Shown here in pieces: positions 1 through 10,211 of a DNA stretch of 64,000 bases. Origin of the DNA: a virus. The stretch lies in the IMG/VR virus record IMGVR_UViG_3300025732_000018; one strand, written 5' to 3'. A program made the translations under genes and the position numbers. Every line of letters begins with the position of its first letter. Within the stretch, counting starts at the first letter, position 1. Below the pieces are notes generated by a model that did no database searches, had not been told where the DNA came from, and was given only the letters and a program-made list of their open reading frames with translations.

Positions 1-1
1 G

Positions 2-2164
2 CACGTCGCCAATGTCCCCATCAGCAACATCACAGTATCTAAGAACGGCAAGATCGTGGTCTTTGGCTGCGAGTACTACAAGCCTAAGCTCGACAACGTT
101 CACTACGTCATGTGTAAGGACGAGCACGACCTGCTCAGTCGCTTCATCGTCCTGTGGCACAGCGATGAGTGGAAGCCTGACGTCGTGACCGGGTGGAACA
201 TCGATGGGTTCGACATTCCATATCTGTACAACCGGTTAGAGCGTGTTCTCGGTGAGCGAGAAGGTCGCAAGCTCTCCCCGTGGGGTTACGTTGAGCAACG
301 AGAGATTATTCGTGGCAAGTCTGCTTCTCGCGGTGGCAAAGGAATTGATGACAGAATTGAAGCGTTTTATGAAATACGTGGTGTATCGTCTCTTGACTAC
401 ATGGAGCTGTACAAGAAGTTCTCTTTCTCCAACCAGGAGAGCTACTCCCTTAATCACATAGCTAAGGTAGTTCTCGATCAAGAGAAGCTGGACTACTCTG
501 AGTTCAACAGCCTGTATGAGTTCTACAAGAAAGACTACGAGCGGTTCGTGGACTACAACATTCACGACGTCGTTCTCGTCGACAGACTCGAGGACAAGCT
601 CGGCTTTATCAAGCAGGTGTTCGCTCTAGCGTACGACGCCAAGGTGAACTATATGGACACGATGACAACGGTGCGTCCGTGGGACGTCATCATCCACAAC
701 TACCTGATGGACAGAAAGATCGTCATTCCGCAGCGGTTAGACTCGAGCGAGGACTTCGACTTAGTCGGGGGGTACGTCAAGGACCCTCAGAACGGAATGC
801 ACCAGTGGGTAGTCTCGTTCGACTTGAACTCTCTCTACCCTCACTTGATCATGCAGTACAACATCTCTCCCGAGACGTACGTAGGAAAGCTAGAGGGCTT
901 CTCCATCGAGTCGAGCCTGAAGGGTGTCCATGACTCCTTTCAAAAGGAGATGAAGGAACATAACGTCTGCGTAGCCGCCAACGGCTGTGCCTACACCAAG
1001 GAGCGTCACGGCTTCCTCCCTGAGATCATGGAGAAGATGTACAACGACCGCGTCGAGTACAAGAACAAGATGATTGAGGCGAAGAAGCAGTACGAGAAGA
1101 CTCCCACCAAGGATCTTGAGAAGCTCATCTCTCGCTACCACAACATGCAGTTCGTTAAGAAGATCCAGCTCAACTCAGCCTACGGCGCACTCGGCAACAA
1201 GTACTTTCGCTGGTTCGACCTCAAGCACGCCGAGGCTATCACTACCTCCGGTCAGCTCGCGATTAGATACATAGAGAATGAGATCAACGAGTATCTCAAC
1301 AAGTTGCTCAATACCAAGGAGAAAGACTATGTCATTGCGAGCGATACGGATTCAATCTATATTACTCTTGACGCGCTTGTCGGTCAACTTGGTAAAGACA
1401 AACCTGAGACTCTTAAGATCGTCTCCATCATTGATAAATTCTGTCAGGCTAAACTTGAACCGTTTATTGATGATGCTTACGAGCGCCTTGGCCGACGCGT
1501 TAATGCCTACTCCCAAAAGATGAGGATGAAGCGCGAGAACATCGCTAACAAGGGTATCTGGACAGCGAAGAAGCGCTACATCCTAAACGTGTATGACCAA
1601 GAGGGCGTGGCCTTCACTGAGCCCAAGCTAAAGATGATGGGCATCGAGGCAATCAGGTCCTCTACTCCGGCCTCGTGTAAGGACAACATTAAGAAGGCAC
1701 TCAAGATCATCATGTCGTCTGACGAGCGAGAGCTCAGGAAGTTCGTAGAAAACTTCAGACGTGAGTTCTCTCAGATGCCGTTCGATGAGGTCGCCTTCCC
1801 ACGTACGTGCAATAAAATGGCACTTTATGCCGACGCAGCTTCTATATACAAGAAGGGTACTCCTATCCACGTTCGCGGTGCCCTTCTTTATAACAATCTC
1901 ATCAAGCAGCAGAAGATGGCTGACAAGCTTCCTAGGATCATGAACGGCGACAAGATAAAGTTTGCTTACATGAAGCTTCCTAACCCCATCAGGGAGAACG
2001 TCTTCTCGACGCCTGGAGAGATGCCGAGAGAGCTCGAGCTTGATAAATACATCGACTACGAACTGCAGTTCGAGAAAGCCTTCATTGACCCTATCATGAG
2101 CATCCTCAAGGCCATTGGTTGGGATCTCGAGGAGAGGGCAACACTGAGTAAGTTCTGGAGCTAA
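2..2164 (+). CDS. 43: Family B DNA polymerase (T4 gp43-like), 5' end outside window
   Basis: Motifs TGWNIDGFD (exo II), YNIHD, SFDLNSLYP, KIQLNSAYG, SDTDS, KKRY. Confidence 0.97.
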   Translation, partial: HVANVPISNITVSKNGKIVVFGCEYYKPKLDNVHYVMCKDEHDLLSRFIVLWHSDEWKPDVVTGWNIDGFDIPYLYNRLERVLGEREGRKLSPWGYVEQREIIRGKSASRGGKGIDDRIEAFYEIRGVSSLDYMELYKKFSFSNQESYSLNHIAKVVLDQEKLDYSEFNSLYEFYKKDYERFVDYNIHDVVLVDRLEDKLGFIKQVFALAYDAKVNYMDTMTTVRPWDVIIHNYLMDRKIVIPQRLDSSEDFDLVGGYVKDPQNGMHQWVVSFDLNSLYPHLIMQYNISPETYVGKLEGFSIESSLKGVHDSFQKEMKEHNVCVAANGCAYTKERHGFLPEIMEKMYNDRVEYKNKMIEAKKQYEKTPTKDLEKLISRYHNMQFVKKIQLNSAYGALGNKYFRWFDLKHAEAITTSGQLAIRYIENEINEYLNKLLNTKEKDYVIASDTDSIYITLDALVGQLGKDKPETLKIVSIIDKFCQAKLEPFIDDAYERLGRRVNAYSQKMRMKRENIANKGIWTAKKRYILNVYDQEGVAFTEPKLKMMGIEAIRSSTPASCKDNIKKALKIIMSSDERELRKFVENFRREFSQMPFDEVAFPRTCNKMALYADAASIYKKGTPIHVRGALLYNNLIKQQKMADKLPRIMNGDKIKFAYMKLPNPIRENVFSTPGEMPRELELDKYIDYELQFEKAFIDPIMSILKAIGWDLEERATLSKFWS

Positions 2165-2166
2165 CG

Positions 2167-2448
2167 ATGAGCGACTACAACTTTGACTTTGGTTTCTCCG
2201 CCGTCACAGAGGAGGAGCTGGCCGCCGTCCAAAAGAAGGACGAGGAGATAAAGTCCGCCACTGACGCCGCGGCGTCTGCTGCAGCAGAAGCAGCGAAGGC
2301 TCATGACAAGGCTAACCAGATGTATAAGATGATCACTCCTCTCTTGGACAACCTCGTAAAGGATCCTGAGAAAGAGTACATCTACTGGCCGAACCGTCAA
2401 GCGAAGATCAAGGCCTTCAAAGAGCAGCTTCAAAAAATCCTTAAATGA
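2167..2448 (+). CDS. Hypothetical protein
   Basis: 93-aa ORF tightly packed after the polymerase, phage-like codon use. Confidence 0.7.
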   Translation: MSDYNFDFGFSAVTEEELAAVQKKDEEIKSATDAAASAAAEAAKAHDKANQMYKMITPLLDNLVKDPEKEYIYWPNRQAKIKAFKEQLQKILK

Positions 2449-3248
2449 TAAACTATCTAGCACTGGTCGTAGCGCTGTGTCTGTCGGCAGTGTCAGCATA
2501 CTACTCCATAGTAGGTCTGACTGCGCTGTTCGCTGCCGCGTTCTGGCCGGTGGTGGTAATGGGAACCGCGCTCGAGGCTGGAAAGCTGGTCACGGCCAGC
2601 TGGCTCTATAGAAACTGGAGAACGGCGCCTGAGATACTGAAGGCCTATCTCTTGCTCTCGATCATAGTTCTCATGTTCATCACCAGCATGGGAACGTTCG
2701 GGTTTCTGACCAAAGCTCACATCGACCAAACTCTCCGGATGACTGGAGAGACAGACCAACAGGTGCAGATAATCGACCAGAAGATCGAGAACATAAAGCT
2801 AGCAGTCGCCGACATCGACAAGCAAGTATCTCAGATCGACGCCGCAGTGAACAAGATGACAGATCGTGGACAAGCCACTTCCTCGCTCAGGGCGGCTGAG
2901 CAGCAGAGGAAGACCCGAGACGCTCTTACAAAGAAAAGAGACGATCATGTCAAAGATATTTCCGAACTCACGACCGAAAGAGTCAGACTCAAGTCTGAAG
3001 TTAGAAAGCTCGAAGCCGAAGTTGGGCCGCTCAAGTACATATCTGAGATCATCTACGATAATCAGTCGCCTGAGAACCTTGAAAGAAGCGTTCGCATTGT
3101 TATTATTCTTCTTGTTAGCGTTTTTGATCCACTGGCTATCGTTCTACTGATAGCAGCAAATCATGGAATCGCCACATCAAGACGGTTGACAATTATAGGG
3201 CAAAAGGATACTATAGAAATAACCGACAATGACATCCTGAAAATCTAG
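2445..3248 (+). CDS. Membrane protein with central coiled coil
   Basis: Three N-terminal and one C-terminal hydrophobic segments; ATGA overlap. Confidence 0.75.
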   Translation: MINYLALVVALCLSAVSAYYSIVGLTALFAAAFWPVVVMGTALEAGKLVTASWLYRNWRTAPEILKAYLLLSIIVLMFITSMGTFGFLTKAHIDQTLRMTGETDQQVQIIDQKIENIKLAVADIDKQVSQIDAAVNKMTDRGQATSSLRAAEQQRKTRDALTKKRDDHVKDISELTTERVRLKSEVRKLEAEVGPLKYISEIIYDNQSPENLERSVRIVIILLVSVFDPLAIVLLIAANHGIATSRRLTIIGQKDTIEITDNDILKI

Positions 3249-3260
3249 TGTGAGGTGAAT

Positions 3261-4307
3261 ATGTCTCTCAAGGACAAGCTTATTAAGAACTCGACAATCG
3301 ATCTTACGTCGACCCTGCTCGACAGCAAGATCTTTACTAAGAAGGACATGATCCCTACGTCCGTGCCGATGATCAACGTGGCCCTGTCCGGTACGGTCGA
3401 CGGGGGTATCACTCCAGGCCTAACCATGTTGGCCGGCCCATCCAAGCACTTTAAGACCGGCTTCGCCCTTCTTCTAGCATCGGCCTTCCTAAAGAAGTAC
3501 AACGACGGCGTCGTGCTTTTCTACGACTCTGAGTTCGGTACTCCTCAGTCATACTTTAACACTTTCAAGATACCTCTCGAGTCGGTGGTTCATACGCCTA
3601 TTACCGACATCGAGGAGCTCAAGTTCGACATCATGCAGCAGATGAAGAACCTCGAGCGCACTGACCGAGTCATGATCATCATCGACTCGATCGGTAACCT
3701 CGCCTCGAAGAAGGAGGTTGAGGACGCGATGGAAGGTAAGTCCGTCGCCGACATGACGCGAGCCAAGCAGCTCAAGTCTCTGTTCCGAATGGTCACGCCT
3801 CACCTGTCTCTTAAGGACATTCCGATGGTAGTGATCAACCACACTTACAAGACTATGGAGCTCTACGCCAAGGACGTCGTCGGAGGCGGAACTGGCTCGT
3901 ACTACGGCTCAGACAACATCTGGATCCTAGGGAGGCAGCAGGACAAGGATGGCACCGAGATACAAGGCTACCACTTCGTCATTAACGTGGAGAAGAGTCG
4001 CTATGTCAAGGAGAAGTCGAAGATCCCGATCACAGTCTCATTCAACGGTGGTATCAATCGCTGGAGCGGTCTTCTGGATGTCGCTCTGGACGGTGGTTAT
4101 ATTGCTAAGCCTAAAGCTGGGTGGTACGCCGTAGTCGACAAGACGACCGGCGAGCTTCAGCAGCCGAACATGCGCGCGGCCGACATAGTGAACAACAAGG
4201 AGTTCTGGATGAAGATCTTCGAGTCCACTGACTTCGCACGCTACATCGAGAACCGGTACAAGATAGCCATCGGTTCTATCATGGACGACGACTCCGAGGA
4301 CAATTGA
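3261..4307 (+). CDS. uvsX: UvsX RecA-like recombinase
   Basis: AGPSKHFKT P-loop, FYDSEFG, IIDSIGNL, VINHTY; SD GAGG. Confidence 0.95.
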   Translation: MSLKDKLIKNSTIDLTSTLLDSKIFTKKDMIPTSVPMINVALSGTVDGGITPGLTMLAGPSKHFKTGFALLLASAFLKKYNDGVVLFYDSEFGTPQSYFNTFKIPLESVVHTPITDIEELKFDIMQQMKNLERTDRVMIIIDSIGNLASKKEVEDAMEGKSVADMTRAKQLKSLFRMVTPHLSLKDIPMVVINHTYKTMELYAKDVVGGGTGSYYGSDNIWILGRQQDKDGTEIQGYHFVINVEKSRYVKEKSKIPITVSFNGGINRWSGLLDVALDGGYIAKPKAGWYAVVDKTTGELQQPNMRAADIVNNKEFWMKIFESTDFARYIENRYKIAIGSIMDDDSEDN

Positions 4308-5686
4308 TGCTTGAGGAGGTAATTCTCTCCAACCTGCTGCTCAACGAGGAGTACAGCAGGAAGGTGGTGCCGTTCTTGAAGGAGGAGTACTTCTCTCAGC
4401 AGCAGCACCGAGTCGTGTACTCGCTCATCGACGAGTACATCAAGAAGTACAACGGCCTCCCTACTAAGGAGGCCCTCGTCATCGAGCTGTCCGAGAAGAC
4501 TGGCCTCAGCGAGCAGGTGTTCAACGAGGCTAAGTCTACAGTAGTCGCTCTCGCGCCGAGCGACACTCAGATCGACTGGCTTCTCGACAACACAGAGAAG
4601 TTCTGCCAGGACAAGGCGATCTACAACGCCATCATGCAGTCGATCACCATCATCGACGACAAGACTGGCAACGCCTCGAAGGGAGCAATCCCTAAGATCC
4701 TGCAGGACGCGCTCGGAGTCTCTTTCGACTCCAGCGTCGGCCACGACTACCTGCAGGACTCTGACATTCGATACGACTTCTACCACCGCAAGGAAGACCG
4801 CATCCCGTTCGACCTGACCTTGTTAAACTCCATCACTCGCGGTGGGTTGCCCAGGAAGACACTCAACGTCATCCTGGCCGGCACCGGCGTCGGCAAGTCT
4901 CTCTTCATGTGTCATGCCGCTGCCAACAACCTGTGTCAGAACAGGAACGTCCTCTACATCACCCTCGAGATGGCCGAGGAGAAGATCGCCGAGCGCATCG
5001 ACGCTAACCTGCTCAACGTGTCGATCGACGAGCTCATGACCCTGCCGAAGGAGTCGTACGACAAGAAGATCAACAAGCTGAGAGAGAAGTACGTCGGTAA
5101 GCTAATAGTCAAGGAGTATCCAACCGCGTCGGCCGGATCAGCACACTTTAGGCACCTGCTCAATGAACTCAGAATTAAGCGTAACTTTGTACCAGACATT
5201 ATCTATATTGACTATCTTAATATCTGTAGCAGCAGTCGCATACGCGCTGGCTCTAATGTCAATAGCTATACGTACATTAAGGCAATCGCAGAAGAGCTCA
5301 GAGGACTCGCTGTTGAGTTTAACGTTCCTCTCGTCTCGGCTACGCAGACGACTAGAAGCGGATACAGCAACTCCGACATCGACCTCACAGACACCTCAGA
5401 GTCCTTCGGCCTCCCGGCGACCGCCGACTTCATGATAGCTCTCATCAAGTCTGATGACCTTAACGAGCTCGATCAGATCATGATAAAGCAACTAAAGAAC
5501 CGCTACAACGATCCGAACATAAATAAGAAGTTCGTGGTCGGAGTAGACCGACCTAAGTTCAGACTCTACGACGTCGAGGAGTCTGCACAGAATGATATTC
5601 TAGATGGACCCGTGTTTGACAAGACCCCCTATGGAGCCGGATCCAGCTCTGACTTTAAAGAAAAGTTGAAAGGATTACTGTCATGA
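4307..5686 (+). CDS. 41: Replicative DnaB-like helicase (gp41)
   Basis: AGTGVGKS, TLEMAEE, IDYLN, SATQ, KQLKNRY. Confidence 0.95.
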   Translation: MLEEVILSNLLLNEEYSRKVVPFLKEEYFSQQQHRVVYSLIDEYIKKYNGLPTKEALVIELSEKTGLSEQVFNEAKSTVVALAPSDTQIDWLLDNTEKFCQDKAIYNAIMQSITIIDDKTGNASKGAIPKILQDALGVSFDSSVGHDYLQDSDIRYDFYHRKEDRIPFDLTLLNSITRGGLPRKTLNVILAGTGVGKSLFMCHAAANNLCQNRNVLYITLEMAEEKIAERIDANLLNVSIDELMTLPKESYDKKINKLREKYVGKLIVKEYPTASAGSAHFRHLLNELRIKRNFVPDIIYIDYLNICSSSRIRAGSNVNSYTYIKAIAEELRGLAVEFNVPLVSATQTTRSGYSNSDIDLTDTSESFGLPATADFMIALIKSDDLNELDQIMIKQLKNRYNDPNINKKFVVGVDRPKFRLYDVEESAQNDILDGPVFDKTPYGAGSSSDFKEKLKGLLS

Positions 5687-6384
5687 TTGAGTCAATTCAT
5701 AAGCACGGACTCTTCGCGATTCCAATCTACAAGTTAAAGTTCTCGCGACACGAGGAGCTCAAACAGCAGTTCATAGACTATATGGAGACTGAAGATGAGT
5801 GGTCTCTGACGACCGCGCCTACCCTTAACTTCACCGCCGCCAACCTTCACAAGGTCAAGCTGTTCGAGCCTTTCGTAGAGTTCGTCGAAGAGGGCCTGAG
5901 ACGCGTGATGGACGATCAAGGATACGTGCCGAGCGTTAAGGTCACTGGAATGTGGGGTACTAAGCATGACGACGGTGGGTTTCATCATCGACACACGCAT
6001 CACAACACGTTCCTGGCGGGAGTCTATTACCTACACGGAAACGAAAGCTGCTCGGGTACATCATTCTATAACGTGCACAGTTACCATTCCATAATTCATC
6101 CAGCAAGGCAGAGGGGAAGGTCACAGAACAGAAACTCTTTGAGTAGCCACACTGAAAGGTTCGAAGAGGGTACACTGATCATCTTTCCGGCCTGGCTCCC
6201 CCACGACACGGCCAGGAACAACATGCAGAGAACAAACACGACTCGGTACATCTTGTCGTTCAACTCCATGCCGGTAGGTTCAACCAACGTCGACATGTTT
6301 GATAGGTACGACTATCCAGATCCGTCTAAGATGAAACTAATTACGAAGCTAGACGACAAGTTCGACCATCGAAGAGGCAGTTGA
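5683..6384 (+). CDS. 2OG-Fe(II) oxygenase-like protein
   Basis: HxH..GVYY, LIIFPAWLPH and RYILSFN pattern. Confidence 0.8.
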   Translation: MIESIHKHGLFAIPIYKLKFSRHEELKQQFIDYMETEDEWSLTTAPTLNFTAANLHKVKLFEPFVEFVEEGLRRVMDDQGYVPSVKVTGMWGTKHDDGGFHHRHTHHNTFLAGVYYLHGNESCSGTSFYNVHSYHSIIHPARQRGRSQNRNSLSSHTERFEEGTLIIFPAWLPHDTARNNMQRTNTTRYILSFNSMPVGSTNVDMFDRYDYPDPSKMKLITKLDDKFDHRRGS

Positions 6385-6415
6385 CAAACTTACTCAACTG
6401 ACATATATTATACAC

Positions 6416-6643
6416 ATGGTCATGAAGTGGACCCGTCACAGGGACAATCTTGGTAATGCGTGGTACGAGGGCAGGGTCGCCGGGGCTCTAGAAGCTAGGG
6501 TCTGGCACGACCCTGCCAGTCGTCTAAACTATAAATGGTTATGTAGGATACGAAATCATGCGCCGTTCTCAAAAAGATCGGCTATTCTTTGTAAGAAAGA
6601 TGCGGATGCGATAGTTTCGACTTTCTATAACCCGCTATTGTGA
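6416..6643 (+). CDS. Hypothetical protein
   Basis: ORF directly after TTGACA-17-TATATT promoter at 6381. Confidence 0.55.
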   Translation: MVMKWTRHRDNLGNAWYEGRVAGALEARVWHDPASRLNYKWLCRIRNHAPFSKRSAILCKKDADAIVSTFYNPLL

Positions 6644-6686
6644 TGACAGTTTGTGGTACCTCAACTCGCTTGAAGGATACCTGTAA

Positions 6687-7175
6687 ATGTCTAAAGAAGT
6701 AAAGAGACTGACCAGAGAGGTCAAAAAGCTAACTGGAAACGTCTCTAAGAGAAAGCTGGTCAAGGAGTCGGCTGCTTTCTTCAAAGAGTATCTATTTAGA
6801 GACAATCCCCGCCTAGCCAACTTTGTATACGTCGACTTGAAGCTAAGGTCCGGAATGGACTGTTTCGGCGAGGTCTGCTGGCAAGACAGCAACCTTAGGC
6901 CGCGCGAGTTCGACATGACTATAAACATGGACCTTCCGAACTATGACATCGTGTCTACCGCAGCCCACGAGATGGTCCACGTGTGGCAGTACTCGACCGG
7001 TAGGTTCAAGAACTATCTAGACGGAAACGACTACTTCAACGGTCGTCTCTACAAGAGAGACCTCTCGTACGAGAAAAGACCGTGGGAGAAAGAAGCCTAC
7101 AGGATGGAGACTAGACTGGTGAAAAAGTGGATCAAACACGTAAAGAAGAACGGACTCTATGAGCTTAAGTCTTGA
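6687..7175 (+). CDS. HEXXH zinc metallopeptidase-like (SprT-like) protein
   Basis: AHEMVHVWQY followed by PWEKEA. Confidence 0.7.
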   Translation: MSKEVKRLTREVKKLTGNVSKRKLVKESAAFFKEYLFRDNPRLANFVYVDLKLRSGMDCFGEVCWQDSNLRPREFDMTINMDLPNYDIVSTAAHEMVHVWQYSTGRFKNYLDGNDYFNGRLYKRDLSYEKRPWEKEAYRMETRLVKKWIKHVKKNGLYELKS

Positions 7176-7374
7176 AAGACAACTCGAGCTTCGAAGCCTG
7201 ATTCTAGCAGACCTCGAGGCTACGGACCAGATTAACGGAAGAGAAGCCGCTAGAGACATAGCGGTAGCTCAGCTATACTACTCTACGGAGTGGCTGGTCA
7301 AGACCTATCCTAGGGAGAAAGTCATAGAGTTACTCGAGACACAGCTTCGGAACATTAGAGCAAAGAAGTGGTAG
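7159..7374 (+). CDS. Hypothetical protein
   Basis: 71-aa ORF in same-strand run. Confidence 0.55.
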   Translation: MSLSLERQLELRSLILADLEATDQINGREAARDIAVAQLYYSTEWLVKTYPREKVIELLETQLRNIRAKKW

Positions 7375-7378
7375 ATCT

Positions 7379-7525
7379 TTAAGTTATTGAAAAACCATAG
7401 CTTTTTCTAAGCCTTTGAAAAGACACAGTTTTTTCTAAGTCATTGAAATACCATAGCTTTTCTTAAGCCGTTGAAGACATTGAGCTTTTCCTAAGCCATT
7501 GATCTTCAACGGCTATTTTTTTTTT
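7379..7525. repeat. Five tandem 28-bp imperfect repeats resembling IHF sites
   Basis: TAAGnnnTTGA units at 7380, 7408, 7436, 7464, 7492, each followed by a T-tract. Confidence 0.85.
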
Positions 7526-7545
7526 CAAAAAGCTGCACTTTTTGG

Positions 7546-7574
7546 TGTACATTATTTGTAAGATGGACTACTAT
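7546..7574 (+). promoter_or_regulatory. Early sigma70-type promoter (TGTACA-17-TACTAT)
   Basis: Same block recurs identically at 45979-46007. Confidence 0.8.
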
Positions 7575-7598
7575 AAGAATATAAGGAATGAGGAACTA

Positions 7599-10094
7599 AT
7601 GTCCATCTACACGACCACCAAGAAAGCCACCCCTGAGATCGACTCCCTGATCCAGGCCTTCTCCGGTAAGATCACGGTCTGCCGTCCCGGCCGGAAGTTC
7701 AAGACCTTCCGCCAGCGTGGCACTTGGGAGGCCATGGCCGCCAAGAACGGCTGCGAGACCTTCGTTACCCAAGGTCAACGAAATTCTTCCTCCATGAACC
7801 GCTCTAGGGGTTGACATTATTTCCCAGACCGGCTATAATCATACTATGGAAAACAGGAACAAACAAGTGACTCGTCAACGTACATCTGACTACGCCTTTA
7901 CCACCACTAACCCTAACGACAGTCGGATTGCCGATCTCAAGCTGCACGCTCTCATCATGGGCATGGAGAACAAGATCATCGAGCTCAAGAATCCTGACGT
8001 CGCCAAGCGTAAGTTCAAGTCTCGCTACCGTGTGGTCGTCCGCGGCCGTCTCGGCAAGGACAATCCTAACGCTCACCTCTATCGAGTCGGCGGTCCCCTG
8101 AAGCGTAGCACGTCTCAGGACATCCGGCACGAGCATGCCCAGCGGTTCGACGTGTACCTCCGCGAGGTCCGCATCTACCGTTGACATAATTACTGGTACC
8201 TGATACTATCTGACTATAAACTGTGAAAACCTGAAAGGACTATATCATGAAGATCGAAATGTCGTTCGCGGACTTCTCCGCTGGTGTCTCCTCTGTCGGC
8301 CGTGCCTTCGAGCAGTCCAAGGCCATCTTCTACGTCAAGTGCCCCAAGGGTGGCAAGGTTGAGCTCAACCTGCACTCCGGCACCTTCACCGTAGGCTCCG
8401 GCTGCAAGCTCCGCGAGGTCATCACCGCGGCTGTCGAGAAGTCTGGCTTCAAGATCGCCAAGCGCGCCAAGGGTTGGACCGTGGTCTCGGCCGACGGCTA
8501 CGACCAGGGAGACCTGCTCGCTCACTTCTGCGCCCTCTACAAGGTCGTCGAGGGTGCGGTCGCCGCTTCCTCGGCCAAGGCCACCAAGGCCAAGGCAGTC
8601 GCCAAGGGCAAGCTCGAGCTCTCAGACATGCTGAACTCGGCCCTCGGCGGCAAGACTAAGTCGACGAAGTCAGTCAGCCGCAAGGCTGCCTGATGACCCT
8701 CTTTCGCGGAGTGCCGTCAGACGGCCCGTGTCATACCGCCAACTGCCAGCTGTGGGAGGTCTTCGTTGACCAGATCAAGAAGCGAACCGGCCGAGAGCCG
8801 TCCCACGGCTGGACAGAGGCGGAAGTCGTCCAGTGGCTCGACCTCGAGGGAGATCAAGTCCTTCACGGGGATGACCGAGGGCGGAGCCAACCGAATAGCG
8901 CGCTTCTACCAGCAGATGGGGAAGCGAGTGCTCGCGCGGCCTGAGTACAACCCAGAGACCACTCTCTGGGAGTTCGAGGTGGAGTGGTGAGATGTTCGTC
9001 TTCAAGGCGTCTCTCACCGTCCTACTGCTGATCTTCGTCCTGAGGCAGGCTCGAGAGCTGGCCATCGGGCCGGTAGAGGTCAGACTGATTCTTCGCTACG
9101 TCTCGATCGCTCTGTGGGCAGTGTTCGGCCTGCTGCTGGTGATCGGCGTCTGGACCGCATGAGGTAACAAATGAGACTCGCCAAGACACTCGCCTGCGTC
9201 GCATCCCTAGGACTGGGCGGCTGCGTAGTCGCCGCGGTGCCAGATCCATACGTCGGCCCGGTGGTCACCGGCGCGTACGTGTCGCCCGTCCCTCAAGTGA
9301 CAGTCGTCGGTGGTGGCTACTACCCGCCCGTCGCCCCTGTCGTATACGGCGCCTGGAGAGGACCGTACTACGGCGGTGGCTACTGGGGAGGGGGAGGCTA
9401 CTATGGCCCTCGTCCTGGATGGGGTCCTCGTCCCTACGGTCCTCCCGGCCCTCCAGGGCCTCGTCCAGGCCCCAGACCGGCCCCTAGACCTGGTCCAGGG
9501 CCATATCAAGGCCGCTAAGCCATTGACTTTCCTTATGAAAAAAACTTAAAAATAGTGGTTGACATTATTTCTTAAATAGACTACTATAAGAATATAAGGA
9601 ATGGATAGGAAAAACGACATGGCTACCGACTTCAACGAGCTCCTCAAGTTCATCGCCCAAGATGCCAACACCGACCAGATCAAGCAGATCGTCAACGCGG
9701 TCAACTTCCGCCGCGACATCTTGAACCGCCAGAACAAGTTCATGTTCAAGGTCGGCCAGAAGGTCTGCTTCACGAAGCGCGACGGAGTAGTAGAGACCGG
9801 CATGGTCCAGAAAGTCGCCATCAAGAAAGCTCAGGTCAAGGTCGGCAACACGCTGTGGACCGTTCCCTTCAACATGCTCAAGGCTGCTTAATCATGACGA
9901 ACGAAGAGATTGCACGTAACATCCGCTACAAGTTGTTCGCTGACCGCGACTCTATCAAAGAAGCCGTCGACTACGCGTTCGAGGTCTTCCGCAGGCTCGG
10001 TCCGGACGGTGAGATCGCCGCGACCACCGCTATGATGGTCGTCCTGAACACGCTCTCGAACAAGATCCTCGAGAACGAGGGTGTAAAATCGTGA
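7599..10094 (+). other. Early region I: small hypothetical ORFs (7599-7814, 7846-8184, 8247-8693, 8693-8944, 9619-9891, 9894-10094)
   Basis: Several preceded by TTGACA-17-TACTAT/TATAAT promoters (7811, 8181, 9559); SD sequences before several ORFs. Confidence 0.7.
9171..9518 (+). CDS. Putative Gly/Tyr/Pro-rich lipoprotein
   Basis: Signal peptide with lipobox LGGC, then YGG and PGPR repeats. Confidence 0.65.
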   Translation: MRLAKTLACVASLGLGGCVVAAVPDPYVGPVVTGAYVSPVPQVTVVGGGYYPPVAPVVYGAWRGPYYGGGYWGGGGYYGPRPGWGPRPYGPPGPPGPRPGPRPAPRPGPGPYQGR

Positions 10095-10142
10095 CACTTT
10101 ATGTGACACTTTGTGTGACACGGCGTGTCTGAGAAAAAGTGG

Positions 10143-10171
10143 TTGACATTATTTCTCAGATGGTCTACTAT
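10143..10171 (+). promoter_or_regulatory. Early promoter TTGACA-17-TACTAT
   Basis: GGTTGACATTATTT family motif. Confidence 0.85.
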
Positions 10172-10211
10172 AACATAGTAAGCTGACAAACCAACTCAAG
10201 GATTCTATATC

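Noticed and set aside
7379-7525. CRISPR mini-array
   Set aside because: Total period is only 28 bp with no room for unique spacers and no cas genes; fits protein-binding repeats.
8766-8990. Overlapping dual-frame ORFs as a designed overlap
   Set aside because: Cannot tell which frame or start is real; no supporting signal.
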